DNA from: Gemmatimonadota bacterium
GTDB taxonomy: Bacteria; Gemmatimonadota; Gemmatimonadetes; Gemmatimonadales; GWC2-71-9
Reading direction: 5' to 3'
Assembly: GCA_039586365.1 (NCBI GenBank)
Contig: JBDHKN010000011.1
Span: 1-64,000 of the forward strand
DNA length: 64,000 nt
The position numbers were made by a program, and so were the translations under genes. Positions 1-9,583 of this stretch are shown one piece after another. Under the pieces are notes generated by a model. That model saw only the letters and a list, made by a program, of their open reading frames with translations, was not told the DNA's origin and made no database searches. Each line of letters starts with the position of its first letter. Position 1 is the stretch's first letter.

Positions 1-27
1 CCAAACAATGCCTCGAACCTGCAGAAG

Positions 28-786
28 ATGACTTCGGATGGTTCGCTGTCCCATAGGGTGGCGATCGTAACCGGTGCCTCGAGCGGGATCGGTGCTGCCA
101 CTGGTGAGCTGCTCGCGTTGCATGGAGCTGGGGTCGTCCTAGCCGCTCGGCGCGCTGACCGCATTGAGATGCTGGCGGCACAGTTGGTCACGGCGGGTCG
201 GAGGGCGGTTGCGGTGCCGACTGACGTTGCCAGCCGTGCGGCGGCCGAAAACCTGGTCGACCGGACGCTGGCTGAGTTCGGGCACGTCGACATCTTGGTG
301 AACAATGCCGGAATCATGCCGCTTTCGTTGGTTCGCGAACTCCGAGTTGACGAGTGGGATCGCATGATCGACGTGAATCTGAGGGGCTTGCTGTACTGCA
401 TTGCGGCTGCTCTACCTCCAATGCTGGAGCGGGGTAGCGGCCACATAGTCAACGTAGGATCGGTTGCCGGCCGACGCCCGTTCCCCACCGGAACCGTCTA
501 CAGCGCCACCAAGTTCGCAGTTCGAGCGATCTCGGCTGGTCTGCGTGCAGAGCTGTCTCCCGGCGACAATATCCGGGTGAGCGACATCGAGCCGGGCGTG
601 GTCGATACTGAGCTGGGAGAACACATCGCCGACCTGGATGCGCGGGCGGTCTTTGATAGAAGATGGGAGGGCAAGAAGAAGCTTGCCGCGTCCGATATTG
701 CCCGCGCTATTCACTATGCCGTCTCACAACCGGATCACGTGAATGTGAACGAACTCTTGGTCCGGCCAACTGAACAAGAGACCTAA
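28..786 (+). CDS. SDR family NAD(P)-dependent oxidoreductase (YdfG-like)
   Basis: TGASSGIG Rossmann motif, NNAG, catalytic YSATK; 252 aa. Confidence 0.92.
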   Translation: MTSDGSLSHRVAIVTGASSGIGAATGELLALHGAGVVLAARRADRIEMLAAQLVTAGRRAVAVPTDVASRAAAENLVDRTLAEFGHVDILVNNAGIMPLSLVRELRVDEWDRMIDVNLRGLLYCIAAALPPMLERGSGHIVNVGSVAGRRPFPTGTVYSATKFAVRAISAGLRAELSPGDNIRVSDIEPGVVDTELGEHIADLDARAVFDRRWEGKKKLAASDIARAIHYAVSQPDHVNVNELLVRPTEQET

Positions 787-949
787 ATCGGCCCTGCGGC
801 CGCTCTTAGGCGTTGAGAGCCCGGTCCACCTGTCCAAATTCGCCCACAATGTGTCCCGCATGAGGACGGCCGGACGAAGCTGACGCTCCTCCGAGTTCAC
901 CGTTAAATCGTTGAATCATAAGAACATACTGGTGTCGGGAGGACGGCAC

Positions 950-1205
950 ACTGTATGCGTGATCCAGTATCCCATACCGATTGGAAAGGACTGGGATGCC
1001 TCCGATGCTTGTGGCTCAGCCGTCGAAACAACGCCAGCCGGAAAGCTCCCAGCGTGCAGCAGAGCAGGCGGGGGACAGCGGCTCGGGCCGGCTGGATGTC
1101 GTGGAACTCGATGACTGTGGACGCGTGGTCGGGAAGATCATCGCGCCAAAAGGGGATGTTGTGTTTGGACACGGTCGCGGGAGCGTGTACTTGAAGCGCA
1201 AGTGA
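950..1205 (+). pseudogene. Possible decayed 3' fragment of a beta-propeller-type hypothetical protein
   Basis: Two frames give AVETTPAGKL and then LDDCGRVVGKIIAPKGDVVFGHGRGSVYLKRK*. From memory this resembles the last blade of 6-bladed propeller proteins. No intact gene. Confidence 0.3.
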
Positions 1206-1335
1206 GCCAAGGGGTGGGATTTCCGTACCGCACGTGGACAACCTCTTTGCCACTCCTTTCGGACTGCCCCAAGGCTACACAGCTACTGGCTCGGATAGCG
1301 ACCTGTCGTTGGTCCGAGCAGACGCCGACCCCGAC

Positions 1336-2493
1336 CTAGCCGCAGTATTCCAGAGCCGTTTCAGCCAATATCTGGGCCAGTGAGTCCAACGTCGCGAGGT
1401 CAACCCACTCTTCGTCAGCGTGAGCTCCAGCACCCACCGGTCCGATGACCACCGTGTCGATGCCGGCGGCTGCATACAGCGCAGCGTCCATCCACGGAGT
1501 CTGTCCGGCGTGAATTGGCTCCTCTCCTGTCACTTTCTGGATGGCGCGCTCGAGGTGCTTCACTACGGGTGAATCGACCGCGACTTCAAAGGGATCGCGT
1601 ACCAAGGTAGTCCGCAATTCGGCCTTGAATTCTGGATCCGCGGACGAAAGCTCGTCCAGGATACCCTGGATCTCGCGTACGATCTGCGGTTCCGTTTCTC
1701 CCGGTACCGTGCGACGCTCGATGGTCAACTTGCAGTTGGCCGCGTAGACGCTGGGAGCGGAACCTCCTCGCAGCAAGCCAGCGTGGAGCGACGGTGAACC
1801 GACGAGCCGGTGCGGCACTCTCTCCGACAGTTGCTCGGCCAGCCATTCGAGATGAGCCAGGACCCTACCCATTCGCATGTTGGCGTCCACGCCTAGGTCC
1901 GGCCGACTCCCGTGGGCAGCTCTTCCGAAAACCTCCAGTTCCAGCCACGCGAAACCCTTGTGGGCCAAACAGATGTCCATCTCTGTCGGTTCAGTCACTA
2001 TGGCCGCAGTTACGTCGTAGTGTTGCAGGACGTCGCAAGTGCCTAAACTCGCGTGTTCTTCGTCAGCAACCGCCGCCAGGTAGAGATCCCCAGCCAAGCC
2101 GATACCGGCGTATTGGAGAGCCTTGATCGCGGCGAGGCAGGAAGCCAGGCTGCCCTTCATGTCGTAGGAGCCCCGACCATAGAGCTTGCCGTCGCGCACT
2201 GTGGCAGAAAACGGATCCTCCATCCCTTCGATGCCCACCGTGTCATAGTGTGCGTTGAGCATCAGCGACCGACTTCCTCCCATCCCCGGTAGCCGACCCA
2301 CGACGCTGGGTCTTCCTGGAGCCGGTTCGTGACGTGAGACATCCAAGCCCATCTTGTCGAGTTCTTGCTGCACGTAGTTGGCGACTTCCGTCTCACCTGG
2401 TGCTCCCGCAACCAGACTGGGATTGACGGAGTTAATGCGGACAAGATCGCTGAGGGTCTCTCTGATATAAGAGCTGTCGATGGATATGCTCAT
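1336..2493 (-). CDS. M20 family ArgE/DapE-like deacylase, putative N-succinyl/N-acyl-L-amino acid hydrolase
   Basis: NAHYDTV, GRGSYDMKG, DEE, TEPT and GAHADEE metal-binding motifs; start placed at ATG 2493. Confidence 0.9.
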   Translation of the reverse strand: MSISIDSSYIRETLSDLVRINSVNPSLVAGAPGETEVANYVQQELDKMGLDVSRHEPAPGRPSVVGRLPGMGGSRSLMLNAHYDTVGIEGMEDPFSATVRDGKLYGRGSYDMKGSLASCLAAIKALQYAGIGLAGDLYLAAVADEEHASLGTCDVLQHYDVTAAIVTEPTEMDICLAHKGFAWLELEVFGRAAHGSRPDLGVDANMRMGRVLAHLEWLAEQLSERVPHRLVGSPSLHAGLLRGGSAPSVYAANCKLTIERRTVPGETEPQIVREIQGILDELSSADPEFKAELRTTLVRDPFEVAVDSPVVKHLERAIQKVTGEEPIHAGQTPWMDAALYAAAGIDTVVIGPVGAGAHADEEWVDLATLDSLAQILAETALEYCG

Positions 2494-2606
2494 GGTCTCG
2501 AGTCTCTTACGGGTCACAGGGTAAGGAGCGATTGTCTTGTTCTAGCATCCATTAGCTTGTGTGGCAATTATACACCAAGTGTCGGCTTACACCACGGGGA
2601 GATACC

Positions 2607-3518
2607 ATGACAGTGAGACGTACAGTGGGACTGCTCGCGACGGTTTTGTTGTTGAATGCATGTTCCGCGACGGCCTGGGGGCAGGTTAGGGGACGCAAGC
2701 TCTACATTTCGGTCGATATGGAGGGCGTTGTGGGTGTGGTCACTGGAGATCACTTGGGTCCAGCCGGATTCGAGTATCAGAAGGCCCGGGAGTTCATGAC
2801 CCGGGAGGTCGTCGCGGCCATTGAAGCGGCTAAGCAGGAGGGAGTCACCGAGATCCTGGTGAGCGATTCGCACGGAAACGGCGAGAACCTTCTCATCGAA
2901 ATGTTGCCCAAGGACGTGATGATCGTGCGTTCCTGGCCTAGACCTCTGATGATGATGGAGGGAATCGACTCGACGTTCGACGCGGCGATCTTCTTGGGGT
3001 ATCACGCCGGAACGACCAATCCCAACGGCGTCAGGGCGCACACCATCTCCAGCGCCCGGTTGGCCGACGTTCGTCTCAACGGTCGCTCCATGCTCGAAGC
3101 GGGAATAAACGCGGCTATAGCCGGGCATTTTGGTGTTCCCGTGATCATGATTTCTGGTGATGATGCCGCTATTGCGGAGGCCCAGTCAGTGATCGGCGAT
3201 ATCGAGGGGGCCGTCGTGAAGTGGAGCTACAGTTTCCACTCGGCCAAGAGCATGACGCCAGCGGCGGCCTATGACCTCATTGGTGAGAAGGTCAGAGCAG
3301 CCCTGCGCCGTTTGGATCAGTTCGAGCCGCTTGTTCTAGCGACGCCGGTCACGCTGGACGTGAAGTTCAAGAGCTATCGGCCCTCGCAACTCCTGGCATA
3401 TCTGCCGATCGTTGAGCGTACGGATTCGCACTCGGTCAGATACGTTGGCCAAAACATCATCGAGATCTCCAAGTTCTTGGAGTTCATGACCAGCTACGAA
3501 GTCGGGCTCGAGCCTTAG
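2607..3518 (+). CDS. dppA: M55 family D-aminopeptidase (DppA-like) with N-terminal signal peptide
   Basis: ISVDMEG, DSHG, GYHA and HT motifs; GGGGAG RBS before ATG 2607; basic + hydrophobic N-terminus ending AWG-Q. Confidence 0.9.
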   Translation: MTVRRTVGLLATVLLLNACSATAWGQVRGRKLYISVDMEGVVGVVTGDHLGPAGFEYQKAREFMTREVVAAIEAAKQEGVTEILVSDSHGNGENLLIEMLPKDVMIVRSWPRPLMMMEGIDSTFDAAIFLGYHAGTTNPNGVRAHTISSARLADVRLNGRSMLEAGINAAIAGHFGVPVIMISGDDAAIAEAQSVIGDIEGAVVKWSYSFHSAKSMTPAAAYDLIGEKVRAALRRLDQFEPLVLATPVTLDVKFKSYRPSQLLAYLPIVERTDSHSVRYVGQNIIEISKFLEFMTSYEVGLEP

Positions 3519-4642
3519 CCAGCCAAGAGAACCTGTGTGCGGACAGTCAGGTTGTCAACGCGATCCATGTCGACGGCTACACCGATGCCGGGTTTTTCAC
3601 GGGGGACGGCAACCATTCCGTCTTGCATCGTCCATTCGGGTGTTACGATGTCTCGTTCCCAGTAGCGCGCGCTAGGGCTCAAGTCTCCCGGAAGGGTGAA
3701 GTTGGGCAAGGATGCTAGAGCCACATTGTAGGCACGGCCGATACCGCTTTCCAGCATCCCTCCGCACCACACGGGGATACGGTGCCGAGCGCACAGGTCA
3801 TGAATCGCCAGGGACTGGGTGAAGCCGCCGACGCGGGCGGGTTTTATGTTCACAATCCGTCCGCTTTCCAGTCGAACCATGTCTTCTGCCCGGTCGACGC
3901 TGGTGATGGTCTCGTCGAGGCAGATAGGCGTTGCGAGAAGCCGTTGAAGCGCTGCGTGCCGCAGCAGATCGTCCCAGGCGAGCGGCTGTTCGATCATGAT
4001 GAGATTGAAATCATCGAACCGCGCCAGATGATCGAAGTCCTCTCCCGTATACGCGTTGTTCGCGTCGACCATCAAGGGAACGGCGTCCCCCAGCGCCTGA
4101 CGGACGGCCGCGACGTATTCCAGATCCGCTCCAGGCTTCACCTTGAGCTTGAGCTTGCGGTAACCTTGAGCGGCAGCATCTCTAGCCTTCCCGACCAGTG
4201 CTTCGGGATCGGATTGGATACCGAGGGAGATTCCGGTGGCTATCTGTTCGCGGCTGCCACCCAAGAACGTGGCCAAGCTCGAGCCTTGACGTTGCGCCGC
4301 CAGGGCCCAGATGCCCATTTCCACTGCCGCCTTGGCCATGTTGTGTCCACGGAAGCCACGCTCCAAAACTGCGTGTACATCACGTGGTGTTGTGAATCCG
4401 GTCCCCAGAATCCGCGGTGCTACCCACTCGCTGATCGCCAACCACGCAGTATCAGCCGTCTCGGGCGAGTAGTTGGGGTATTCCCCTGCTACGCACTCAG
4501 ACCAGGTTGTCGTACCGTCCACATCACGCAACTCGAGCAGCACGATGCGTCGAACGTGAGCGCTGCCGGATGAGATCTGAAACGGCTCGCGCAGGGGGAG
4601 TCGTAACTCGCGCAACGAGATCTGCTGGACAGTCAGTGGCAT
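3515..4642 (-). CDS. menC: N-succinylamino acid racemase / o-succinylbenzoate synthase (NSAR/OSBS, enolase superfamily)
   Basis: KLK, DAN, EQP, LDE, NIKPARVGG and WCGGMLESGIGRA motifs; ATG overlaps the GNAT stop (TAATG). Confidence 0.92.
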   Translation of the reverse strand: MPLTVQQISLRELRLPLREPFQISSGSAHVRRIVLLELRDVDGTTTWSECVAGEYPNYSPETADTAWLAISEWVAPRILGTGFTTPRDVHAVLERGFRGHNMAKAAVEMGIWALAAQRQGSSLATFLGGSREQIATGISLGIQSDPEALVGKARDAAAQGYRKLKLKVKPGADLEYVAAVRQALGDAVPLMVDANNAYTGEDFDHLARFDDFNLIMIEQPLAWDDLLRHAALQRLLATPICLDETITSVDRAEDMVRLESGRIVNIKPARVGGFTQSLAIHDLCARHRIPVWCGGMLESGIGRAYNVALASLPNFTLPGDLSPSARYWERDIVTPEWTMQDGMVAVPREKPGIGVAVDMDRVDNLTVRTQVLLAG

Positions 4643-5508
4643 TAGGCTTCGCCTCTCTGCCGCGTGGAGAGAAGGTAGTGGCACACACGACTGTCGGCGG
4701 TGCGGATGAATCCTTGCACTCTGTACTGACGGGCGAGATACCAGAGAAAAGCTCTCCTGGTCAATTCACGCCATCTCCAGGCCAACTCCGGTGATTCTGC
4801 CTTCACCGCATGGATGTCCGCCGGTACGGCTATCAGGACCGGGTCCGTTTCGGGCAGTTCGATATCCGTGGGCATGGTGGGAGTCTCGTCGTCATCGAGC
4901 TGGATGACCTGAATCTCCGAGGTCAGCGGCGCGGTGATGGGAAGCGTGCCGGCAAGCGCACGTTCGACCTGGGGCGTATCCAGCTCCCATGCGACCAAGA
5001 ACCGGTCAGTTCCCAGGCCGCTATGTAGGTCACTTCCCGTGTCACCGTACATGTTCGGTGTGTACTCGACGATCCCGACACCTAGGCGGTTGAGGTTCAG
5101 GTGCGCGTTGCGCGCTACCAACGGATCGAAGGTCCAATAGGCGACCCCGATGCCCAGGCCCAAGAGAGTCTGTCTCTGATGAACCTTGAGGCTCGCACCA
5201 ACCCCAACCCCACTCCATTCCGGGCGAACCGCCAGCATGTGTGACCAGTGCGACAGCCTACCTCTCTTGATGCCACTCACCCCGTAGACGAAGCCGATCA
5301 GTCGATCATCCTCGTCGAACGCGCCGGCTGCAACCCCACCGACCTTTTGGCTTACCTGGAGTAACGCCGGTGGAACGATCTCGGCAAAATCGCGACCCCA
5401 AGTATCCCTTTGTAGTTCGACGCACTGCGCGTAGTCCTCCGAGGTGACCAGAGGACGCACTTCAGGCGCTGGTTGAGTCCCTGTCGGAGGCCGGCCGTGA
5501 GCTTGCAT
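4642..5508 (-). CDS. GNAT family acyltransferase, putative succinyl-CoA:D-amino acid N-succinyltransferase
   Basis: WSHMLAV, WTFDPLVARNAHLN and TDRFLVAWEL motifs typical of NSAR-associated GNATs; start placed at ATG 5508. Confidence 0.85.
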   Translation of the reverse strand: MQAHGRPPTGTQPAPEVRPLVTSEDYAQCVELQRDTWGRDFAEIVPPALLQVSQKVGGVAAGAFDEDDRLIGFVYGVSGIKRGRLSHWSHMLAVRPEWSGVGVGASLKVHQRQTLLGLGIGVAYWTFDPLVARNAHLNLNRLGVGIVEYTPNMYGDTGSDLHSGLGTDRFLVAWELDTPQVERALAGTLPITAPLTSEIQVIQLDDDETPTMPTDIELPETDPVLIAVPADIHAVKAESPELAWRWRELTRRAFLWYLARQYRVQGFIRTADSRVCHYLLSTRQRGEA

Positions 5509-5512
5509 TGAA

Positions 5513-6607
5513 TCAGTCACCCTTGCCGTAGCTGATCTTCCAGATGCCATATGTCAACATCGGAATCACGAAGATGGCGAGGAAGAACCATGTGAGCGTA
5601 CCGTATCCCTTGGCAATCAAGTCTATCAGGCCAAAACCAGAGAGCAGGGTGCCCAGAACAAGCAGGATCATTGCGGTCAAGGGGCGCAGATGTTTCGGCA
5701 TTGATTTGTTCTTCTCGGAAAAGGCCCCGGCGACTCGCTCATTCACGGCGTGGATGAGCCCCGCCCCAGTTTCGATCAGCGTGCCAAACAACACGATCTG
5801 GAAGACGATCTGGAACGTTCTAGATCCCAGCAACTCCAAGATGAAGTTGGCAGGGACCGCTCGCCCGAGGATTTGAGGGTATTGGCCGCACATGACCAGG
5901 TAGAACATCAGACCTGGAACGATAGCGATGGGGCCCGTGAGCAATCCGGCGGTAACAGCTTCTTTGCGGGACTCCGCATGCCGTACTGCAAACAATACGG
6001 CTGGGATGATCGCCAGATTGTAGGCAGCATACCTGACTCCCCCTATCATCCATCCGGTTGCGAGCTGTCCGGCCGTGAGAGCCGAGAGAGTCGCTCCGCC
6101 GAATCGAGCGAGCGACCACACGAAGAGGATCACATAGACTGAGTATAGGACAAAGGACCACCCTGCCAGTACGCGCTCGATTGTCGCACTCCCTCGGAAC
6201 ACGAGGTACCCCACAGCAGCCATCATGCCGAGCACACCGCTGGCATAGGGCAGGCCGAAGGTCTCCTGCAACACTGTGCCGGCCGCCGCCGCGATCACGG
6301 CGAGGATGATGAGGAGGAGCAAGAAGTAACCGACCTCGAAGAGGAGCCACCCTGGGCCGAGGAGTTGGGTGAAGAACGTTCTGTAATCATAGCTCCGAAA
6401 CCGTCTTGCGAACTCGAAACTACTCGCGCACACGACACTCCAGATTACAGTCGAGACCAGCACCATTGCCAAGAGTCCACCCAGGGGACCATAGCTCAGG
6501 AAGAACTCGACCAGTTCGCGGCCCGTGCCATAGCCCCCAGCGATCACTACGGACTGAAAAACGAACCCCGGAAGTAGGTACTTCTTGAAAGTCGTCGACT
6601 TGAGCAC
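5513..6607 (-). CDS. YkvI-like polytopic membrane protein (putative amino acid transporter)
   Basis: VVIAGGYGTGRELVEFF N-terminal motif, about 10 hydrophobic segments, C-terminal LIAKGYG. Confidence 0.8.
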   Translation of the reverse strand: MLKSTTFKKYLLPGFVFQSVVIAGGYGTGRELVEFFLSYGPLGGLLAMVLVSTVIWSVVCASSFEFARRFRSYDYRTFFTQLLGPGWLLFEVGYFLLLLIILAVIAAAAGTVLQETFGLPYASGVLGMMAAVGYLVFRGSATIERVLAGWSFVLYSVYVILFVWSLARFGGATLSALTAGQLATGWMIGGVRYAAYNLAIIPAVLFAVRHAESRKEAVTAGLLTGPIAIVPGLMFYLVMCGQYPQILGRAVPANFILELLGSRTFQIVFQIVLFGTLIETGAGLIHAVNERVAGAFSEKNKSMPKHLRPLTAMILLVLGTLLSGFGLIDLIAKGYGTLTWFFLAIFVIPMLTYGIWKISYGKGD

Positions 6608-6886
6608 CGGTCGTCTCTCTGTGAAATGGACTGAATGCGTTGGCGGCTGTCCGTTCCTGGGACCAGCCCGATCCCAAGATGCTCAGAGTATTAAGGTGCG
6701 CGCCACGTGAGTACGCAACCAGTAGTGGTATAACTGATCGAGGGTGATGACGTCGCCAGTAGCGCGGAGGGCCCCACCGCGTACGCTCGTGATCACCCCA
6801 AGCAGCAGACGTGGCCTGCGAACTAAATGACGATCTCTTTGAGGGGTGTGGGACCGTGAATAGGGTGGTTTTGGTAGACGAGTTCG

Positions 6887-6915
6887 TTGCTGCCGTTCGC
6901 ATGCAGGGGTAAGTT
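6887..6915 (+). promoter_or_regulatory. Sigma70-like promoter, likely leaderless, for the HEAT-repeat gene
   Basis: TTGCTG-17-TAAGTT followed by 6 nt then ATG 6922. Confidence 0.55.
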
Positions 6916-6921
6916 AAATCG

Positions 6922-8487
6922 ATGCAAGACGAACATAGGCTGGCGCTCATGCTGGCGCGTCTGGTGGATCTGTTGTGCCGCAGTCCTGATGCAAGTGACG
7001 ATCACAAGGCCGCTTTGAATTCGGTTGGTGAGATCACCGGCCGGAGAAGCTGGTCCTTAGCCATGAAAGGACTGCAGATCTCTGTCGAAGGTGTGCAGAT
7101 CCCGCCAGAAGTCCCTCTCGTGCCGATTCTGGTGGGCCGGATGCGGCTGCACAATGTTGCCGAGATCCACATAGGCTTTGGGGCTTCGGGGTTGGACGTG
7201 ATGCAGTTGGCCAAAGCCTTGTCGGACGACCCTGAACAGGATGAGCCCGGTGCCGAGGTCCCGGAACGACTCAGGAAAGCCAGGGTGCAGAGGATCTGGG
7301 TCCTCAGTGCCAAGGATGCGAGGGTCGCGAGTAAGGTCCGAAACATGCGTGTCACCGACCAACTCGAGGCGTCCGGCTTCGTGAAGCCCAAGGAGCCGGT
7401 CGCAGAGTCGCGAGATGATAGACTTTCGCTGATTGCTACCGGAGAGGCTCCAGACGCACGTGGTAGGCTGTCGCCGCGAATGCCAGTGGGGAGTCAGAAG
7501 TTGGGCGATGCGATGAAGGCCTTGGCCGGAATGGAAGCTGGGACTGCGCTTTCGCAGGGACTCAGTGAGCTAACCGATGCCGTAGTTGGGGCAAGTAGAA
7601 GTGGCAAGACGGAAGACGTTGCTGAGGCGCTTGCCATAGGAATCCGGCAGGAGGCGGCAGCCACCGACGAAGAGACCCGGCGAACCTACGGAGTCGCCTT
7701 ACGCCGGATGCTGGGCCTTGAGGTGCTACGCCCGCTCGCAGGGTTGTTGCGTGATCCCCTCTACGCCAGCGACGTCATGATGGTGATGGAGCGGGCAGGA
7801 ACGACAGGGACTCAACTCCTGCTGGATCTCCTCGTAGCAGCACCCACTTTCGCTGAGCGGAAAGATTTTCTCTCGGCGCTGCGCAAGATGGGAGAAGGCA
7901 CCGACAACGTGATCTCCATGCTGGGGCATCATCAGTGGTATGTGGTGCGCAACGTGGCTGATCTCATCGGTGAGTTGCGCATGGAAGAGGCGGTGCCGGC
8001 GCTAGGTGAGATTGCTGAACATAGCGACGCGAGGGTGCGGCGCTCCGTTGGGATAGCCCTTGCTCGGATCGGATCCAGGACGGCCGTCCGGTTTCTTCGG
8101 TCCTTTCTGTTCGACTCCGATCACAACGTTCGGCTTGCTGTCGCGAAGGAGCTGCGTGGTCCAGGTGTCGGTGCGTTGGCTATGACTCTAATCAACGCGG
8201 CTGACGAGGAGGCCAGGGCTGGCCTGAAAGCGGAGTACTACCGGGCTCTCGGCCGAATCGGCACCCCCGACGCGGTCAATGCCCTGGCCCAAGTTGCGCA
8301 GCCCCGTGGCGGGCTGTTTGGCCAGCGCAATATACCGGCCCGCAAGGCAGCCGTCGAGGCTCTGGTCCTGGCAGGGAGCGACGGGGCCGTGGAGATTCTG
8401 AAATCCTTGACGGAAGACAAGGATAGGGAGGTACGTGAGTTGGCAAAGAGAGGTATCAAAGAGATCAAGGCTAACAAACCTGACTGA
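6922..8487 (+). CDS. HEAT-repeat domain protein
   Basis: Repeated WYVVRNVADLIG / DARVRRSV / DHNVRLAVA / DREVRELA helical repeats in the C-terminal half. Confidence 0.8.
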   Translation: MQDEHRLALMLARLVDLLCRSPDASDDHKAALNSVGEITGRRSWSLAMKGLQISVEGVQIPPEVPLVPILVGRMRLHNVAEIHIGFGASGLDVMQLAKALSDDPEQDEPGAEVPERLRKARVQRIWVLSAKDARVASKVRNMRVTDQLEASGFVKPKEPVAESRDDRLSLIATGEAPDARGRLSPRMPVGSQKLGDAMKALAGMEAGTALSQGLSELTDAVVGASRSGKTEDVAEALAIGIRQEAAATDEETRRTYGVALRRMLGLEVLRPLAGLLRDPLYASDVMMVMERAGTTGTQLLLDLLVAAPTFAERKDFLSALRKMGEGTDNVISMLGHHQWYVVRNVADLIGELRMEEAVPALGEIAEHSDARVRRSVGIALARIGSRTAVRFLRSFLFDSDHNVRLAVAKELRGPGVGALAMTLINAADEEARAGLKAEYYRALGRIGTPDAVNALAQVAQPRGGLFGQRNIPARKAAVEALVLAGSDGAVEILKSLTEDKDREVRELAKRGIKEIKANKPD

Positions 8488-8496
8488 CGGATCTTA

Positions 8497-9411
8497 ATGA
8501 TGATAGCCGATGGGAAAGAAGCCACTCCCTGGGGCAACGAGGCCGCGCGCGCACTCCAGGATCCGAACACCCTCCGCGAATTGGTGTTCAACATCCCCGA
8601 GGGCATCTATATCACAAACCGGGAAGGACAGATCCTGGATGCCAATCCGGCTCTGATCGAACTGTTGAGACTGGGTTCAGTGGACGAGATCCGAACCCTC
8701 AATGTCCGGGATCTTTGCATTGACAAGGGCCAACTCGCAACAGAACACGATACTCTGGAGCGTGACGGCATGGTCAAGGACTTTGAGCTGGACCTGCGCC
8801 GCCCTGATGGATCGGTCATCACAGTACTGGACACGTGCTACTTGGTCCATGATCCCGAAACGGCTGACACCCGTCTGTACGGGATACTGATTGACATCAC
8901 GCATCGGAAACAGCTCGAGCTCAAGCTTCAGAGTCTGCTTATTCGCGATCCGTTGACTGGATGCTACAACCGGCGGTACCTCGACCGGCTAGCGGCCCGC
9001 CCTGATCTTGCCAACGCGGCTTGGGGTGCGATCGTGACGGACATCGACAACTTCAAGCACTACAACGACCGCTACGGACATGCCGCCGGAGACGAGATCC
9101 TGATCAAGGTGGTTCGGTTTCTGAATCGCCACGCAAGAGCGGAGGATGCCGTGATAAGAATCGGTGGCGATGAGTTTCTGATAGTCCTCCTGGGTGAAAG
9201 CGTAGAGGCTACCAGGGACGTTGCCCGGCGCTTTGGGGAGCACGCGGCGAAATGGGCCCCGGTTCCCATCTCCCAGGGCTGGGCCGTACGAGAGCCGGGA
9301 GAAACGATCCACCAGACAGTGGCGAGAGCGGATCGAGGCTTGATACATATTCGACTCGAGAAGCGGGGCTACCGTCCGCGCCGGAGCGGGGAACTGAAGA
9401 GTCCTGCTTGA
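8497..9411 (+). CDS. PAS domain + GGDEF diguanylate cyclase
   Basis: PAS (GIYITNREGQILDAN...RRPDG), DPLTGCYNRR, DIDNFKHYND..GHAAGD, RAED I-site, GGDEF. Confidence 0.92.
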   Translation: MMIADGKEATPWGNEAARALQDPNTLRELVFNIPEGIYITNREGQILDANPALIELLRLGSVDEIRTLNVRDLCIDKGQLATEHDTLERDGMVKDFELDLRRPDGSVITVLDTCYLVHDPETADTRLYGILIDITHRKQLELKLQSLLIRDPLTGCYNRRYLDRLAARPDLANAAWGAIVTDIDNFKHYNDRYGHAAGDEILIKVVRFLNRHARAEDAVIRIGGDEFLIVLLGESVEATRDVARRFGEHAAKWAPVPISQGWAVREPGETIHQTVARADRGLIHIRLEKRGYRPRRSGELKSPA

Positions 9412-9583
9412 ATCCTGGGGAGTCGGATCCTCACCATTCGACCCTACACTTCACCTGTTGGCCAGGCGGTTCGGATGTACCCCAGAGGCAGTGGCGGCCC
9501 AACATCGTGAGTCGAAGTTGCGGGTGGTTGGCGCTCGCGAATCAGGTGCAACGCTTGCGGCCGTGTTGATCGCGAGTTGAACA

